A stretch of DNA of 64,000 bases from Obrimoposthia wandeli (taxonomy: Eukaryota). Location: NCBI GenBank assembly GCA_977020255.1, contig CDROCS010000122.1, forward strand, positions 496,001 through 560,000, in the 5' to 3' direction. This document shows positions 54,975 through 64,000 of this stretch, one piece after another. Position numbers and translations under genes: made by a program. Within the stretch, counting starts at the first letter, position 1. Every line of letters starts with the position of its first letter. The notes under the pieces were generated by a model. That model did not search any database and was not told the DNA's origin. It worked only from the letters and a program-made list of their open reading frames with translations.

Positions 54975-55352
54975 ATGATCACAGGCATTCAAATTACAAA
55001 ATCAGCGAACGATGATCTACTAAATAGCATCTGGTTACTAGACAGCGAAACAAATGAAGCTCGCTGTGTTGTAGCAAAAACTGGCTTTGAAGAAGATCAA
55101 GTTATCGCAGCAGCAGACCTAGGTGAATACGAGTCACGTGACGTTGCTATCGAAGTTCCAGCTAAGATCGAAGGTGGTCAGCACCTTAACGTTAACGTTC
55201 TTAAGCGCGAGACTCTTCTGGACGCTATTGAACACCCAGAAAAATACCCACAGCTAACAATCCGTGTATCGGGTTACGCTGTACGTTTTAACTCTCTAAC
55301 TACAGAGCAGCAAAAAGACGTTGTAGCGCGTACTTTCACTAGCAGCCTATAA
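54975..55352 (+). CDS. grcA: autonomous glycyl radical cofactor GrcA
   Basis: [24 protein letters not shown]. Confidence 0.98.
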   Translation: MITGIQITKSANDDLLNSIWLLDSETNEARCVVAKTGFEEDQVIAAADLGEYESRDVAIEVPAKIEGGQHLNVNVLKRETLLDAIEHPEKYPQLTIRVSGYAVRFNSLTTEQQKDVVARTFTSSL

Positions 55353-55380
55353 TTTAGCTGTTCGATAAAAGTATAAATAA

Positions 55381-55406
55381 GACGGTGCCTAAGGTGCCGT
55401 TTTTTT
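55381..55406 (+). terminator. grcA terminator
   Basis: ACGGTGCC-taa-GGTGCCGT then T-run. Confidence 0.75.
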
Positions 55407-55442
55407 ATGCTTGTCATTCATCAAACTATTCCTATTGAATCT

Positions 55443-55708
55443 TATACCCAAGCTACCTCAAGATGCTCGTTTCAGCGAGAATTTGTTGGGCTCTAGGCAA
55501 GGCATTTATTTATAGACCTAGTCGTTCTACGTTGAAAATAAGTAACACCGCATAGAGCCCAACAAAACTCGCCTTTCGGGAGTGATTCGGCGTATCTACT
55601 TCTGTGTCAAATGTGTTTGAAAGGGAAAGCCATTCCTACACACATTTTCCTTGAATTAAACACGCTGAGATCACTCTGAATCCTGCATCTTGAGGTAGCT
55701 TGGGTATA
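55443..55708. mobile_element. 266-bp non-autonomous MITE-like element with ERIC-type termini
   Basis: Perfect 24-bp terminal inverted repeats TATACCCAAGCTACCTCAAGATGC / GCATCTTGAGGTAGCTTGGGTATA; TA ends; two internal hairpin arms; no transposase. Confidence 0.88.
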
Positions 55709-55920
55709 TCCTCTTCTTTAATATCACCTTATTTATCAGTATGGCATTCATATCACAAATATAAACATTACTGACATTCACCTCTCAATATCGACCAAAT
55801 AACAGACAATATCACTAATTTTAGCGTACCTTGCCAGCATTGTTGTTTGTATGAGTAATTAGACAGATAACAATGTTCAGCATGAATTTCTTAAATTATT
55901 CCCTTTCAGGAGCCAGCTTT

Positions 55921-57105
55921 ATGAAGTTAATACTAAAATTGATCTCTGGTATTTTGGTCGGCATCCTACTCGGCTTTTTTGCGCCGGATAGCATAATTCG
56001 AACACTACTGACAATAAAACAACTCGGTGGACAATTAATCGGGTTTACCATTCCTCTGATTATTCTTTTTTACATTACGAGCGGTATTGCCAGCTTACCT
56101 AAAAATTCAGGTTCGTTATTAGGTAAAACCGTCGCACTCTCTTACGGTTCAACGATTATTGCAGGCAGTCTCGCCTTTCTTGTTGCCAGCGTTGTCATCG
56201 CTGGATTACCAGAATCAACGGTTACCGTCGCTAGCAGTTCTGATAAATTAACAAGCTTTCTAACATTAGAAATACCGCCATTATTTGGTGTAATGACAGC
56301 ACTCGCGACAGCCTTTTTATTTGGATTAGGCATCAGTATTACTGATAGCCAAAATTTAAGAAAAATTGCAGATGAAGGGCGCAATGTTATTGACCTTTTA
56401 TTGGCAAAAGTCATTATTCCATTTTTACCGCTATATATTGCTGGCGTGTTTGCTGAAATGTCAGCAGAAGGAACGGTTTTTACCACATTAAAAACATTCG
56501 GTGTAGTCTTAACCCTAGCTATCATCATGCATTGGGTATGGATTACCATTCAGTACACAATAACGGGGTTGGTACTTCGTCAGTCACCAATAAAATTAAT
56601 CAAAAACATGCTACCGGCCTACTTCACCGCCGTTGGAACCATGTCGTCAGCTGCCACCATTCCAGTTACCCTGCGCCAAACCAAAAAGAACGGTGTGGAT
56701 GATTCGATTGCAAACTTTACTATTCCTTTATGTGCCACGATCCACCTTTCAGGTTCAACCATCACACTCGTCACTTGCTCGACTGCTGTTATGGCATTAA
56801 GCCAACACATTGCCATCCCATCATTACTTGAGATGTTACCTTTCATTATGATGCTTGGTATTACAATGATTGCCGCACCCGGTGCTCCAGGTGGTGCAGT
56901 AATGGCAGCGCTAGGGTTAATGGCTTCTATGCTCGGTTTTGGCGAGGCTGAACTCGCTCTCATGATCGCACTGTATATGGCACAAGATAGCTTTGGTACA
57001 GCCTGCAATATTACTGGAGATGGTGCTATCGCATTGTGGGTTAATAAGTTTTCTAAAGAAGAAGAAAAACAACAGCCTGCGATTGAGGCTCAACAAGAAA
57101 GTTAA
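55921..57105 (+). CDS. second DAACS-family symporter (Ser/Thr or dicarboxylate-like)
   Basis: GTMSSAATIP, PLCATIHLSG, AAPGAPGG, QDSFGTACNITGD; AGGAG SD. Confidence 0.9.
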   Translation: MKLILKLISGILVGILLGFFAPDSIIRTLLTIKQLGGQLIGFTIPLIILFYITSGIASLPKNSGSLLGKTVALSYGSTIIAGSLAFLVASVVIAGLPESTVTVASSSDKLTSFLTLEIPPLFGVMTALATAFLFGLGISITDSQNLRKIADEGRNVIDLLLAKVIIPFLPLYIAGVFAEMSAEGTVFTTLKTFGVVLTLAIIMHWVWITIQYTITGLVLRQSPIKLIKNMLPAYFTAVGTMSSAATIPVTLRQTKKNGVDDSIANFTIPLCATIHLSGSTITLVTCSTAVMALSQHIAIPSLLEMLPFIMMLGITMIAAPGAPGGAVMAALGLMASMLGFGEAELALMIALYMAQDSFGTACNITGDGAIALWVNKFSKEEEKQQPAIEAQQES

Positions 57106-57110
57106 CGCAT

Positions 57111-57142
57111 AAAAAAACGGTAGCCATTACGGCTACCGTTTT
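57111..57142. terminator. bidirectional terminator DAACS/thrC
   Basis: AAAACGGTAGCC-atta-CGGCTACCGTTTT. Confidence 0.9.
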
Positions 57143-57170
57143 CAATTTAAGAAATACATGTTAGAACATG

Positions 57171-58457
57171 TTAATTTTGAACACTTCGTAACACCGCTTT
57201 TAACTGCTCAAAATCGTTATCGCGCTCTAGTGATAACAGCTCCATTGCGCCATGTTTCGCAAGCGGAGCGGGCAGATCGATATCCAGTTCTAAGATCTCA
57301 TCAACCACTTCTTTAAACTTCGCTGGGTGCGCGGTGCATAAGAACAAGCCAGTTTCGCCATCTTGTAGCTGCTCGTTAAGCACACGGTAAGCAATCGCCC
57401 CATGGGGTTCACATAAGTAACCATCTGCATTCATTTCACGCAACGTTTCAGCCGTTTGCTCATCTGTTACTGCACCGTAGCCAAGCTCGTTAAGCCCCCA
57501 ACCTTTCAACTGGCATAACTCTTCGATACGTGGCCAGTTATTCGGCTCACTGACATCCATCGCATTAGAAATGGTTGGAATTGTTGGTGTTGGTGCCCAC
57601 TCACCCGTTTGCAGGTAACGTGGCACAGTATCATTCGCATTCGTTGCAACAATAAAACGCTTCACTGGCAAACCCAGTGATTTAGCCAACAAACCTGCCG
57701 TTAAGTTACCAAAGTTACCACTTGGTACTGAAATCACTAAATTTTCACGTTGCACTTTAGGCAGCTGAGAAACAGCTTCAAAATAGTAACAAATCTGTGC
57801 CATCAAACGACTGATGTTAATTGAGTTTGCTGAGTTTAAACCAACATCTTGGCGTAATTGAGCATCATCAAACGAGGCTTTAACCAGCGCCTGACAATCA
57901 TCAAATGTGCCTTCAACAGCAACGGTGGTAATGTTGCGACCCAATGTACAAAATAATTTTTCTTGTAACGGGCTGATTTTGCCTTTCGGATATAAGATCA
58001 CAACTTTGATGTTATCCATGCCATAAAAAGCATGGGCAACAGCAGCGCCCGTATCACCCGACGTTGCCGTCAGAATCGTAACTTTGCCACCTTTCTCTGA
58101 CACCGCAGTTAAAGATTGCGCCATGAATCGGCCACCGAAATCTTTAAAAGCTAATGTAGGGCCATGAAATAACTCTAGTGCATAAACACCGTCTTTCACT
58201 TTGGCTAAAGGGGCTGGGAATTGGAACGCGTTATCCACCATTTGGTTAACGGTTTCTGAAGTAAGCTCTTCACCAATAAAGGCTGAAAGAATTTTGCTAC
58301 TGCGGCTAACAAAATCCATTTCTAATAATGCATCGACATCGCCCAAATCAGGTAACTCTGATGGGAAAAATAGACCTTGATTACGCCCTAATCCCTGACG
58401 TACTGCCTGACCAAAGGAAACCTGTTCTTGATGATCTTTTAAATTATACAGCTTCAT
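57171..58457 (-). CDS. thrC: threonine synthase
   Basis: ELFHGPTLAFKDFG, TSGDTG, NSANSIN, PSGNFGN, TAHPAKF. Confidence 0.98.
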   Translation of the reverse strand: MKLYNLKDHQEQVSFGQAVRQGLGRNQGLFFPSELPDLGDVDALLEMDFVSRSSKILSAFIGEELTSETVNQMVDNAFQFPAPLAKVKDGVYALELFHGPTLAFKDFGGRFMAQSLTAVSEKGGKVTILTATSGDTGAAVAHAFYGMDNIKVVILYPKGKISPLQEKLFCTLGRNITTVAVEGTFDDCQALVKASFDDAQLRQDVGLNSANSINISRLMAQICYYFEAVSQLPKVQRENLVISVPSGNFGNLTAGLLAKSLGLPVKRFIVATNANDTVPRYLQTGEWAPTPTIPTISNAMDVSEPNNWPRIEELCQLKGWGLNELGYGAVTDEQTAETLREMNADGYLCEPHGAIAYRVLNEQLQDGETGLFLCTAHPAKFKEVVDEILELDIDLPAPLAKHGAMELLSLERDNDFEQLKAVLRSVQN

Positions 58458-58459
58458 AG

Positions 58460-59416
58460 TTATAGCTCACTTCCTGTTACTTTCGATCCCGTGCTGTCTA
58501 AACGACAGACATGGACAAATCCTTCATCATTCTGAACATAATTGTCTTCGAGCCAACGTGCAATACGTTTTGCTACTTCTAGATCATTACATACACTAAA
58601 CATGGTTGGTCCCGAGCCAGATATTCCACTCGCTAGCGCCCCTGCTTCCAGTGCATATTGTCGTGCATTTGAAAACCCAGGTAATAATCGTTCGCGATAA
58701 GGTTCTGCAACCACATCTTTAATCATTTTTGCCGCGAGCTCTGGTTGCTGAGAATGGCAGGCATGAATGAACCCGCCAAGGTAACGACCATGTGCAATCA
58801 CATCTTGTCGGCGGTACTGAGATGGCAAGATGGCACGTGCTTCTGCTGTTGGTACTTTTATGCCAGGGTAAGCCATTACCCAATACCAATCATCAAAACA
58901 AGGCAACGACTGGCTAATAATACCCAGCTCTTGAACCATAAATTGCAGCCCGCCTAAATAACACGGTGCCACATTATCGTAATGTAAACTGCCTGATATT
59001 TTTGCTTCCATTTCGCCCATCAAAGTCAGTAATTCAACGTCATTTAACGGCATATCATGAAAACGGTTTAGTGCATCTAATGCTGCAACAACTGAACATG
59101 CACTCGAGCCCAAGCCCGAGCCAATTGGCATATTCTTTTCAAGCGTCATCGATACAGGTTTTAATTCGATACTCTTCTTATCTAACTCACGAGCAAACAC
59201 TAACCAGCAATGGTAAACAATGTTCTCTTCTTGTTCTGCTGGCAGTTTTGTAACGAAATCACCGACGCATTTTAAGGTAAAAGGCTGATCACCAGCGGCA
59301 ACTTCAACGCGATCGCCTAACAAGGATCCATCAATCGGTGATACCGCAGCACCCAGTACATCAAACCCAACACTTACATTGCCAATTGATGCTGGCGCAT
59401 AAACAACAACACTCAT
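58460..59416 (-). CDS. thrB: homoserine kinase
   Basis: [38 protein letters not shown]. Confidence 0.98.
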   Translation of the reverse strand: MSVVVYAPASIGNVSVGFDVLGAAVSPIDGSLLGDRVEVAAGDQPFTLKCVGDFVTKLPAEQEENIVYHCWLVFARELDKKSIELKPVSMTLEKNMPIGSGLGSSACSVVAALDALNRFHDMPLNDVELLTLMGEMEAKISGSLHYDNVAPCYLGGLQFMVQELGIISQSLPCFDDWYWVMAYPGIKVPTAEARAILPSQYRRQDVIAHGRYLGGFIHACHSQQPELAAKMIKDVVAEPYRERLLPGFSNARQYALEAGALASGISGSGPTMFSVCNDLEVAKRIARWLEDNYVQNDEGFVHVCRLDSTGSKVTGSEL

Positions 59417-59418
59417 CT

Positions 59419-61878
59419 TTATACTCCCAACTTCCAGCCTAATGTACGCATTAAATCAGCAAACACGCCTGCCGCTGTCACTTCTGTACCAGCACCGTAA
59501 CCACGTAACACTAATGGAATCGGTTGATAATAACGGCTGTAGAATGCCAAAGCATTTTCGCCATCTTTAATTTTAAACATTGGATCATCAGGGTTTACTG
59601 CTGCAATCTTAACGAAGCATTTACCTTGATCAATTTCACCCACGTAACGTAATACTTTATCTTCTTTCGCCGCATCTGCCGATAACTGCTCAAAATAAGC
59701 ATTCGCTTCAGGCAAGCGTGCCATGAAATCATCAATAGAGCCTTCTGCATCAAAGCCTGGTGGCAATGCCTGCTCGACGACAACATCTTCCAGTTCTAGT
59801 GCTAAGCCCGTTTCACGCGCCAAAATAAGCAGTTTACGTGCGACATCCATACCCGATAAATCATCACGTGGATCTGGCTCAGTAAATCCATTTTCACGAG
59901 CAACCGTGGTGGCATCACTAAAGCTCATCCCTTCATCTAACTTACCGAAAATATAAGATAATGAACCCGATAAAATGCCAGAGAAACGCGAAAGTTCGTC
60001 ACCTGCAGACAGCAAATTCTGTAAATTTTCAATAACCGGCAAACCAGCACCAACCGTTGTGTCGTACATAAATTTACGACGAGTAGAACGTGCCGCCTGA
60101 CGTAACTGATGGTAATACGCCATGCTCGCGGTATTGGCCTTCTTGTTTGGTGTAATAACGTGGAAACCTGCCGCTAGATAGTCAACGTACTGCTCTGCAA
60201 TACCTTGATCAGACGTACAATCAATCACAACAGGGTTAATAATATGGTGACGCTGAACCAATTGGATCATTCGTGCCAGTGTTAATGGCTCATTTACCAC
60301 TCCCATCTGGTCACGCCAGTTTTCAAGTGGAATGCCATCGTTATTAAGTAGCAAACCTTTACTGTTTGCTAAACCACAAACACGGATAACAATGCCTTTG
60401 TCTGCAAGTTTTACTTGCTGACGACGAATTTGTTCAACCAATTCACCGCCAACACCACCAACACCTATCACAAACACATCAAGGAAGTGCTTACTGTTAA
60501 ACAGGTTTTCATGACATGCCTTCACCGCTTCAGCGACTTTCGTTGCTGGGATGACCGCAGAGATTGCACGTTCAGAAGAGCCTTGAGCTATCGCAATAAT
60601 ATTCACGTTTACTTCGGCTAAAGAGGTAAAGAAGCGTGAGGCAACCCCTTGCGATGTACGCATACCGTCACCCACTAATGTCACAATGGCGGAATCATCG
60701 ACAAACTCGATAGGCTCTAAGAGGCCTTCTTTTAACTCTAATTCGAAGTTGTTTTGTAACGCTTGTTGCGCTAAAACTTTATCATCACTATCGATACAAA
60801 AACTAATACTGTATTCAGATGATGATTGTGTAATCAGTACAATCGATACACCAGAAATCGACATCGCACCAAAGACACGCGCAGCCATGCCAACCATGCC
60901 TTTCATTCCAGGACCCGATACGTTGACCATGGTCAGGTTTTTCAGCGTAGTAATGCCTTTTATCGCCAAGTTATCTTCACCGGTATCAAGACCGATTAAT
61001 GTACCAGCACCTTGTGGCTTAAAACTGTTTTTGATTAAGCAAGGAATATGGAACTGGGCAATAGGGGCGATTGTTTTCGGGTGTAGAACCGATGCACCGA
61101 AATAAGATAGTTCCATTGCTTCTTGGTAACTTAAGGATTTAAGTAAGCGAGCATCAGGCACAATGCGAGGATCGCAACTGTAGACACCATCAACATCAGT
61201 CCAGATTTCACAACATTCAGCACGAAGACAAGCCGCTAATACTGCTGCAGAATAATCGGAACCATTACGCCCTAGTGTGACTAATTCACCATCACTGTTA
61301 CCCGCCGTAAAGCCAGGCATAATATTAACGTGACCTTCAGGTAGCGGGTTTCGTTTGAAATTTTGCGTCGACACTTCAATATCAACGTGGGCTTCAAGGT
61401 AATCACCGTGGGCAAGCAAGTAGGCGATAGGGTCAATTAAGCTCGCGGGTTGGCCTTTCGCTTCAAGCAGGGCTTTCATCGTAACAATAGATAAACGCTC
61501 ACCTTTACTGATGATTTTGGCGTATACATTGTCTGGGCATAAACCTAATAACTTCATGCCGTGTACATACTGCTTAAGTTGACCTAACGAACTCGCCAGC
61601 TTTGCATCAACCAAAACTTTATCAAAGGCTGGCTCTAATGCTTTAAGACCAGTAAATAATTCATTAAATACAGCTTCTAAATCAGCAAGCTGTAGATCCG
61701 CTTCGCCCGTCTTTACTGTACTATCTATCACAGAAACTAATTTATTTGTTACTTTGCCTGGTGCTGAAAGCACAACAGACACATCACCTTGCTGAGCATT
61801 ATTGGCAATAATATCTGCCGCTCGTAAAAATCGTTCTGCATCTGATAAAGATGAACCACCAAACTTAAATACCCGCAT
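59419..61878 (-). CDS. thrA: bifunctional aspartokinase I/homoserine dehydrogenase I
   Basis: [18 protein letters not shown] domains, [18 protein letters not shown]. Confidence 0.99.
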   Translation of the reverse strand: MRVFKFGGSSLSDAERFLRAADIIANNAQQGDVSVVLSAPGKVTNKLVSVIDSTVKTGEADLQLADLEAVFNELFTGLKALEPAFDKVLVDAKLASSLGQLKQYVHGMKLLGLCPDNVYAKIISKGERLSIVTMKALLEAKGQPASLIDPIAYLLAHGDYLEAHVDIEVSTQNFKRNPLPEGHVNIMPGFTAGNSDGELVTLGRNGSDYSAAVLAACLRAECCEIWTDVDGVYSCDPRIVPDARLLKSLSYQEAMELSYFGASVLHPKTIAPIAQFHIPCLIKNSFKPQGAGTLIGLDTGEDNLAIKGITTLKNLTMVNVSGPGMKGMVGMAARVFGAMSISGVSIVLITQSSSEYSISFCIDSDDKVLAQQALQNNFELELKEGLLEPIEFVDDSAIVTLVGDGMRTSQGVASRFFTSLAEVNVNIIAIAQGSSERAISAVIPATKVAEAVKACHENLFNSKHFLDVFVIGVGGVGGELVEQIRRQQVKLADKGIVIRVCGLANSKGLLLNNDGIPLENWRDQMGVVNEPLTLARMIQLVQRHHIINPVVIDCTSDQGIAEQYVDYLAAGFHVITPNKKANTASMAYYHQLRQAARSTRRKFMYDTTVGAGLPVIENLQNLLSAGDELSRFSGILSGSLSYIFGKLDEGMSFSDATTVARENGFTEPDPRDDLSGMDVARKLLILARETGLALELEDVVVEQALPPGFDAEGSIDDFMARLPEANAYFEQLSADAAKEDKVLRYVGEIDQGKCFVKIAAVNPDDPMFKIKDGENALAFYSRYYQPIPLVLRGYGAGTEVTAAGVFADLMRTLGWKLGV

Positions 61879-61964
61879 TCCCTACTCCCAACTTCCTTAA
61901 TTATCCATTAACTAACTGTTTAATTTCAGCAGTAATATTCAAATCTATTTCATTTAAAAAGGTT

Positions 61965-62008
61965 AAAAAAAAAGCCCGCATCTAATTAAGAAGTGCGGGC
62001 TTTTTTTT
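61965..62008 (-). terminator. thr operon attenuator terminator
   Basis: GCCCGCAC...ATGCGGGC then T9; the GTGCGGGC segment in thrL provides the antiterminator pairing. Confidence 0.92.
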
Positions 62009-62024
62009 AAGAATCTTATGCGTA

Positions 62025-62096
62025 TCAGCCCGCACCAACACGAATAATCGTGCCGGTAATAATAATGGTTGTGGTTGCGCTGATAACGTTAAACAT
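62025..62096 (-). CDS. thrL: thr operon leader peptide MFNVISATTTIIITGTIIRVGAG
   Basis: 23 aa with 5 Thr + 6 Ile, ending GAG-stop, immediately before the attenuator. Confidence 0.95.
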   Translation of the reverse strand: MFNVISATTTIIITGTIIRVGAG

Positions 62097-62134
62097 AATG
62101 TGTTTTGAATTACTCAATTCTCTCAATTACTTTA

Positions 62135-62163
62135 GATTTACCTTACCCCACATCGAGAGTCAA
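62135..62163 (-). promoter_or_regulatory. candidate thrL promoter
   Basis: TTGACT-N17-TAAATC. Confidence 0.4.
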
Positions 62164-62330
62164 CAAGGTTTTAACTTTATCCTTGAAATAGTTTGAAAAC
62201 ACGAGCTTGAATACATATTGATGCGTTATACCGAAAAAGTATAAAAAACAGACAGAATTAATTGCAGTTCGTGTCTCTCCGTTGCATAGTTAATCTAATA
62301 CAGGAACAATAATGATTCGGAGGGAACCGG

Positions 62331-64000
62331 ATGACAGCAGCAATGGAACAGCTTGTAGCCCATACTATTTTGCAGGGCTTTGATGCTATGTACGGTCGAT
62401 TTCTTGACGTGACAGCAGGTGCTCAAGAGCGATTTGAACAACAAGATTGGTCTTCCGTTCATTTGGCTTTAAAGAAGCGAATTAGTTTTTATGACCATCA
62501 TGTAGGATTAGTCACTAGCCAAATCCAAATAATGCTTGGTGAACGCTACGCTAACCGCTCGTTTTTAATGGCGGTTAAATCATCGTATGAAAACTTACTG
62601 TTAGATTATCCGCGGTACGAAATTGCAGAGAGTTTTTTCAACTCCGTTTATTGTCGTATTTTTGAGCATCGCAATATCAACCGAGATAAACTCTTCGTTC
62701 ATAGCTCTCAAGAAAACCGGATCCCCACTTACCCCACACAGTTAACCCGTATTTATCATGCTCACTCAGGTTTATCGTCTTTATTCGATCGTATTTTAGA
62801 CGACACCCCTTTTACTCAAGCATGGGAAGATAAACAACGCGATACCCAGTTAATCATCAATCACCTGAAGCAAGAATTTGGGACCGCATTTAATGATGAC
62901 ACCTCGTTAGAGCTCATCCGCGAGCCATTTTATAGAAATAAAGCGGCTTATTTGATCGGAAAAATAACACTACACCATGATGGGCAATACCAAATCATTC
63001 CTTTGGTATTGCCAATACTCAATAACAGTAATAAACAATTATATGTCGATGCCTGCGTCTGCCATGTAAACGATGCGAGTATTATCTTTGGCTTTGCGCG
63101 CTCTTATTTCATGGTATATGCACCTGCGCCAGGTGCACTTGTTCGCTTCTTATCGAACCTTATTCCCAATAAAACAAATGCTGAACTATATACGGCAATA
63201 GGGTGCCAGAAGCACGGTAAAACAGAACTATATCGTGAGTTCTTAACCCATTTAGACAATTCTGATGATCAATTTGTTACCGCCCCGGGCATCAAAGGAA
63301 TGGTCATGTCAGTCTTTACGCTACCGTCTTACGATTTTGTTTTTAAAATAATTAAAGATAAGTTTGCGCCACAAAAAGACATTAGTCATGCCACGGTTAG
63401 AGAGAAATATAAACTTGTAAAAGAACATGATCGTGTTGGCCGTATGGCTGATACTCAGGAATATCGAAATTTTACATTTGAGCGCCATCGCTTTAATGAT
63501 GAGTTATTAGCAGAACTATTGGCTGTTGCTCCCTCGATAATCAAAGTAACGTCAGATCAAATCATTATTAGCCATCTATATATGGAACGTAGAATGATCC
63601 CACTCAATATCTATGTCGAACAAGCTAATGATGATGACCTCCGCTATGCCGTTGATGAGTATGGTAAAGCCATTAAACAACTCGCCGCGGCTAATATTTT
63701 CCCTGGCGATATGCTATTCAAAAACTTTGGGGTAACCCGTCATAAGCGTGTCGTGTTTTATGATTATGATGAAATCAGCTATATGACGGAAATGAATTTC
63801 CGTAAAATTCCAGAGCCTCGAACGCCTGAAGATGAGATGTCTGCTGAACCTTGGTATAGCGTGGGTATTTACGACGTATTCCCAGAAGAGTTCCGTACTT
63901 TTTTACTGATTAACCCCAAAGTGAAAGCCTTATTTGATGAGTTACACAGTGATTTATTTGAGGCTAAATATTGGCAACATTTGCAGAAAAATATAACGCA
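62331..64000 (+). CDS. aceK: isocitrate dehydrogenase kinase/phosphatase (3' end outside the window)
   Basis: Read by hand: [40 protein letters not shown]..., [26 protein letters not shown]; GGAGG SD; missing from the ORF track because no stop lies in the window. Confidence 0.95.
   Translation, partial: MTAAMEQLVAHTILQGFDAMYGRFLDVTAGAQERFEQQDWSSVHLALKKRISFYDHHVGLVTSQIQIMLGERYANRSFLMAVKSSYENLLLDYPRYEIAESFFNSVYCRIFEHRNINRDKLFVHSSQENRIPTYPTQLTRIYHAHSGLSSLFDRILDDTPFTQAWEDKQRDTQLIINHLKQEFGTAFNDDTSLELIREPFYRNKAAYLIGKITLHHDGQYQIIPLVLPILNNSNKQLYVDACVCHVNDASIIFGFARSYFMVYAPAPGALVRFLSNLIPNKTNAELYTAIGCQKHGKTELYREFLTHLDNSDDQFVTAPGIKGMVMSVFTLPSYDFVFKIIKDKFAPQKDISHATVREKYKLVKEHDRVGRMADTQEYRNFTFERHRFNDELLAELLAVAPSIIKVTSDQIIISHLYMERRMIPLNIYVEQANDDDLRYAVDEYGKAIKQLAAANIFPGDMLFKNFGVTRHKRVVFYDYDEISYMTEMNFRKIPEPRTPEDEMSAEPWYSVGIYDVFPEEFRTFLLINPKVKALFDELHSDLFEAKYWQHLQKNIT

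Overview
Housekeeping backbone of a Vibrionaceae chromosome I, most likely Photobacterium (the porin at 1517-2524 looks like P. profundum OmpL, and aceK is present). Gene order: yhbY, greA, ompL/ompU, dacB, short mgtE, carBA, dapB, ispH-fkpB-lspA-ileS-ribF-murJ, rpsT, hlyU-nhaR-orf89-nhaA, nptA, thyA-lgt-TSUP-ptsP-rppH, mutH, tas, DUF1127, vpsR-like, DAACS, lysS-prfB-recJ-dsbC-xerD, fldB, brnQ, trmN6, srmB, yaaA, AgcS, DUF3545, hemerythrin, ung, nfo, grcA, DAACS, thrLABC, aceK (runs off the end). I found no prophage, CRISPR array, rRNA, tRNA or intact IS. The interesting signal is intergenic and missing from the ORF track: (1) a 17-aa Pro-Pro leader peptide with switchable hairpins upstream of a CBS-less mgtE; (2) a 23-aa uORF plus an SD-sequestering hairpin upstream of a DUF1127 gene; (3) a decayed group II intron (maturase domain X plus domain V) fused to a C-terminally shortened yaaA; (4) a 266-bp ERIC-like MITE and a 47-bp collapsed copy; (5) a DARS2-like DnaA-box cluster between rppH and mutH; (6) a VpsR orthologue that keeps its ATPase motifs and has a Cys/His-rich loop in place of GAFTGA. 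Family assignments rest on motif recognition and recalled synteny, not on database searches.
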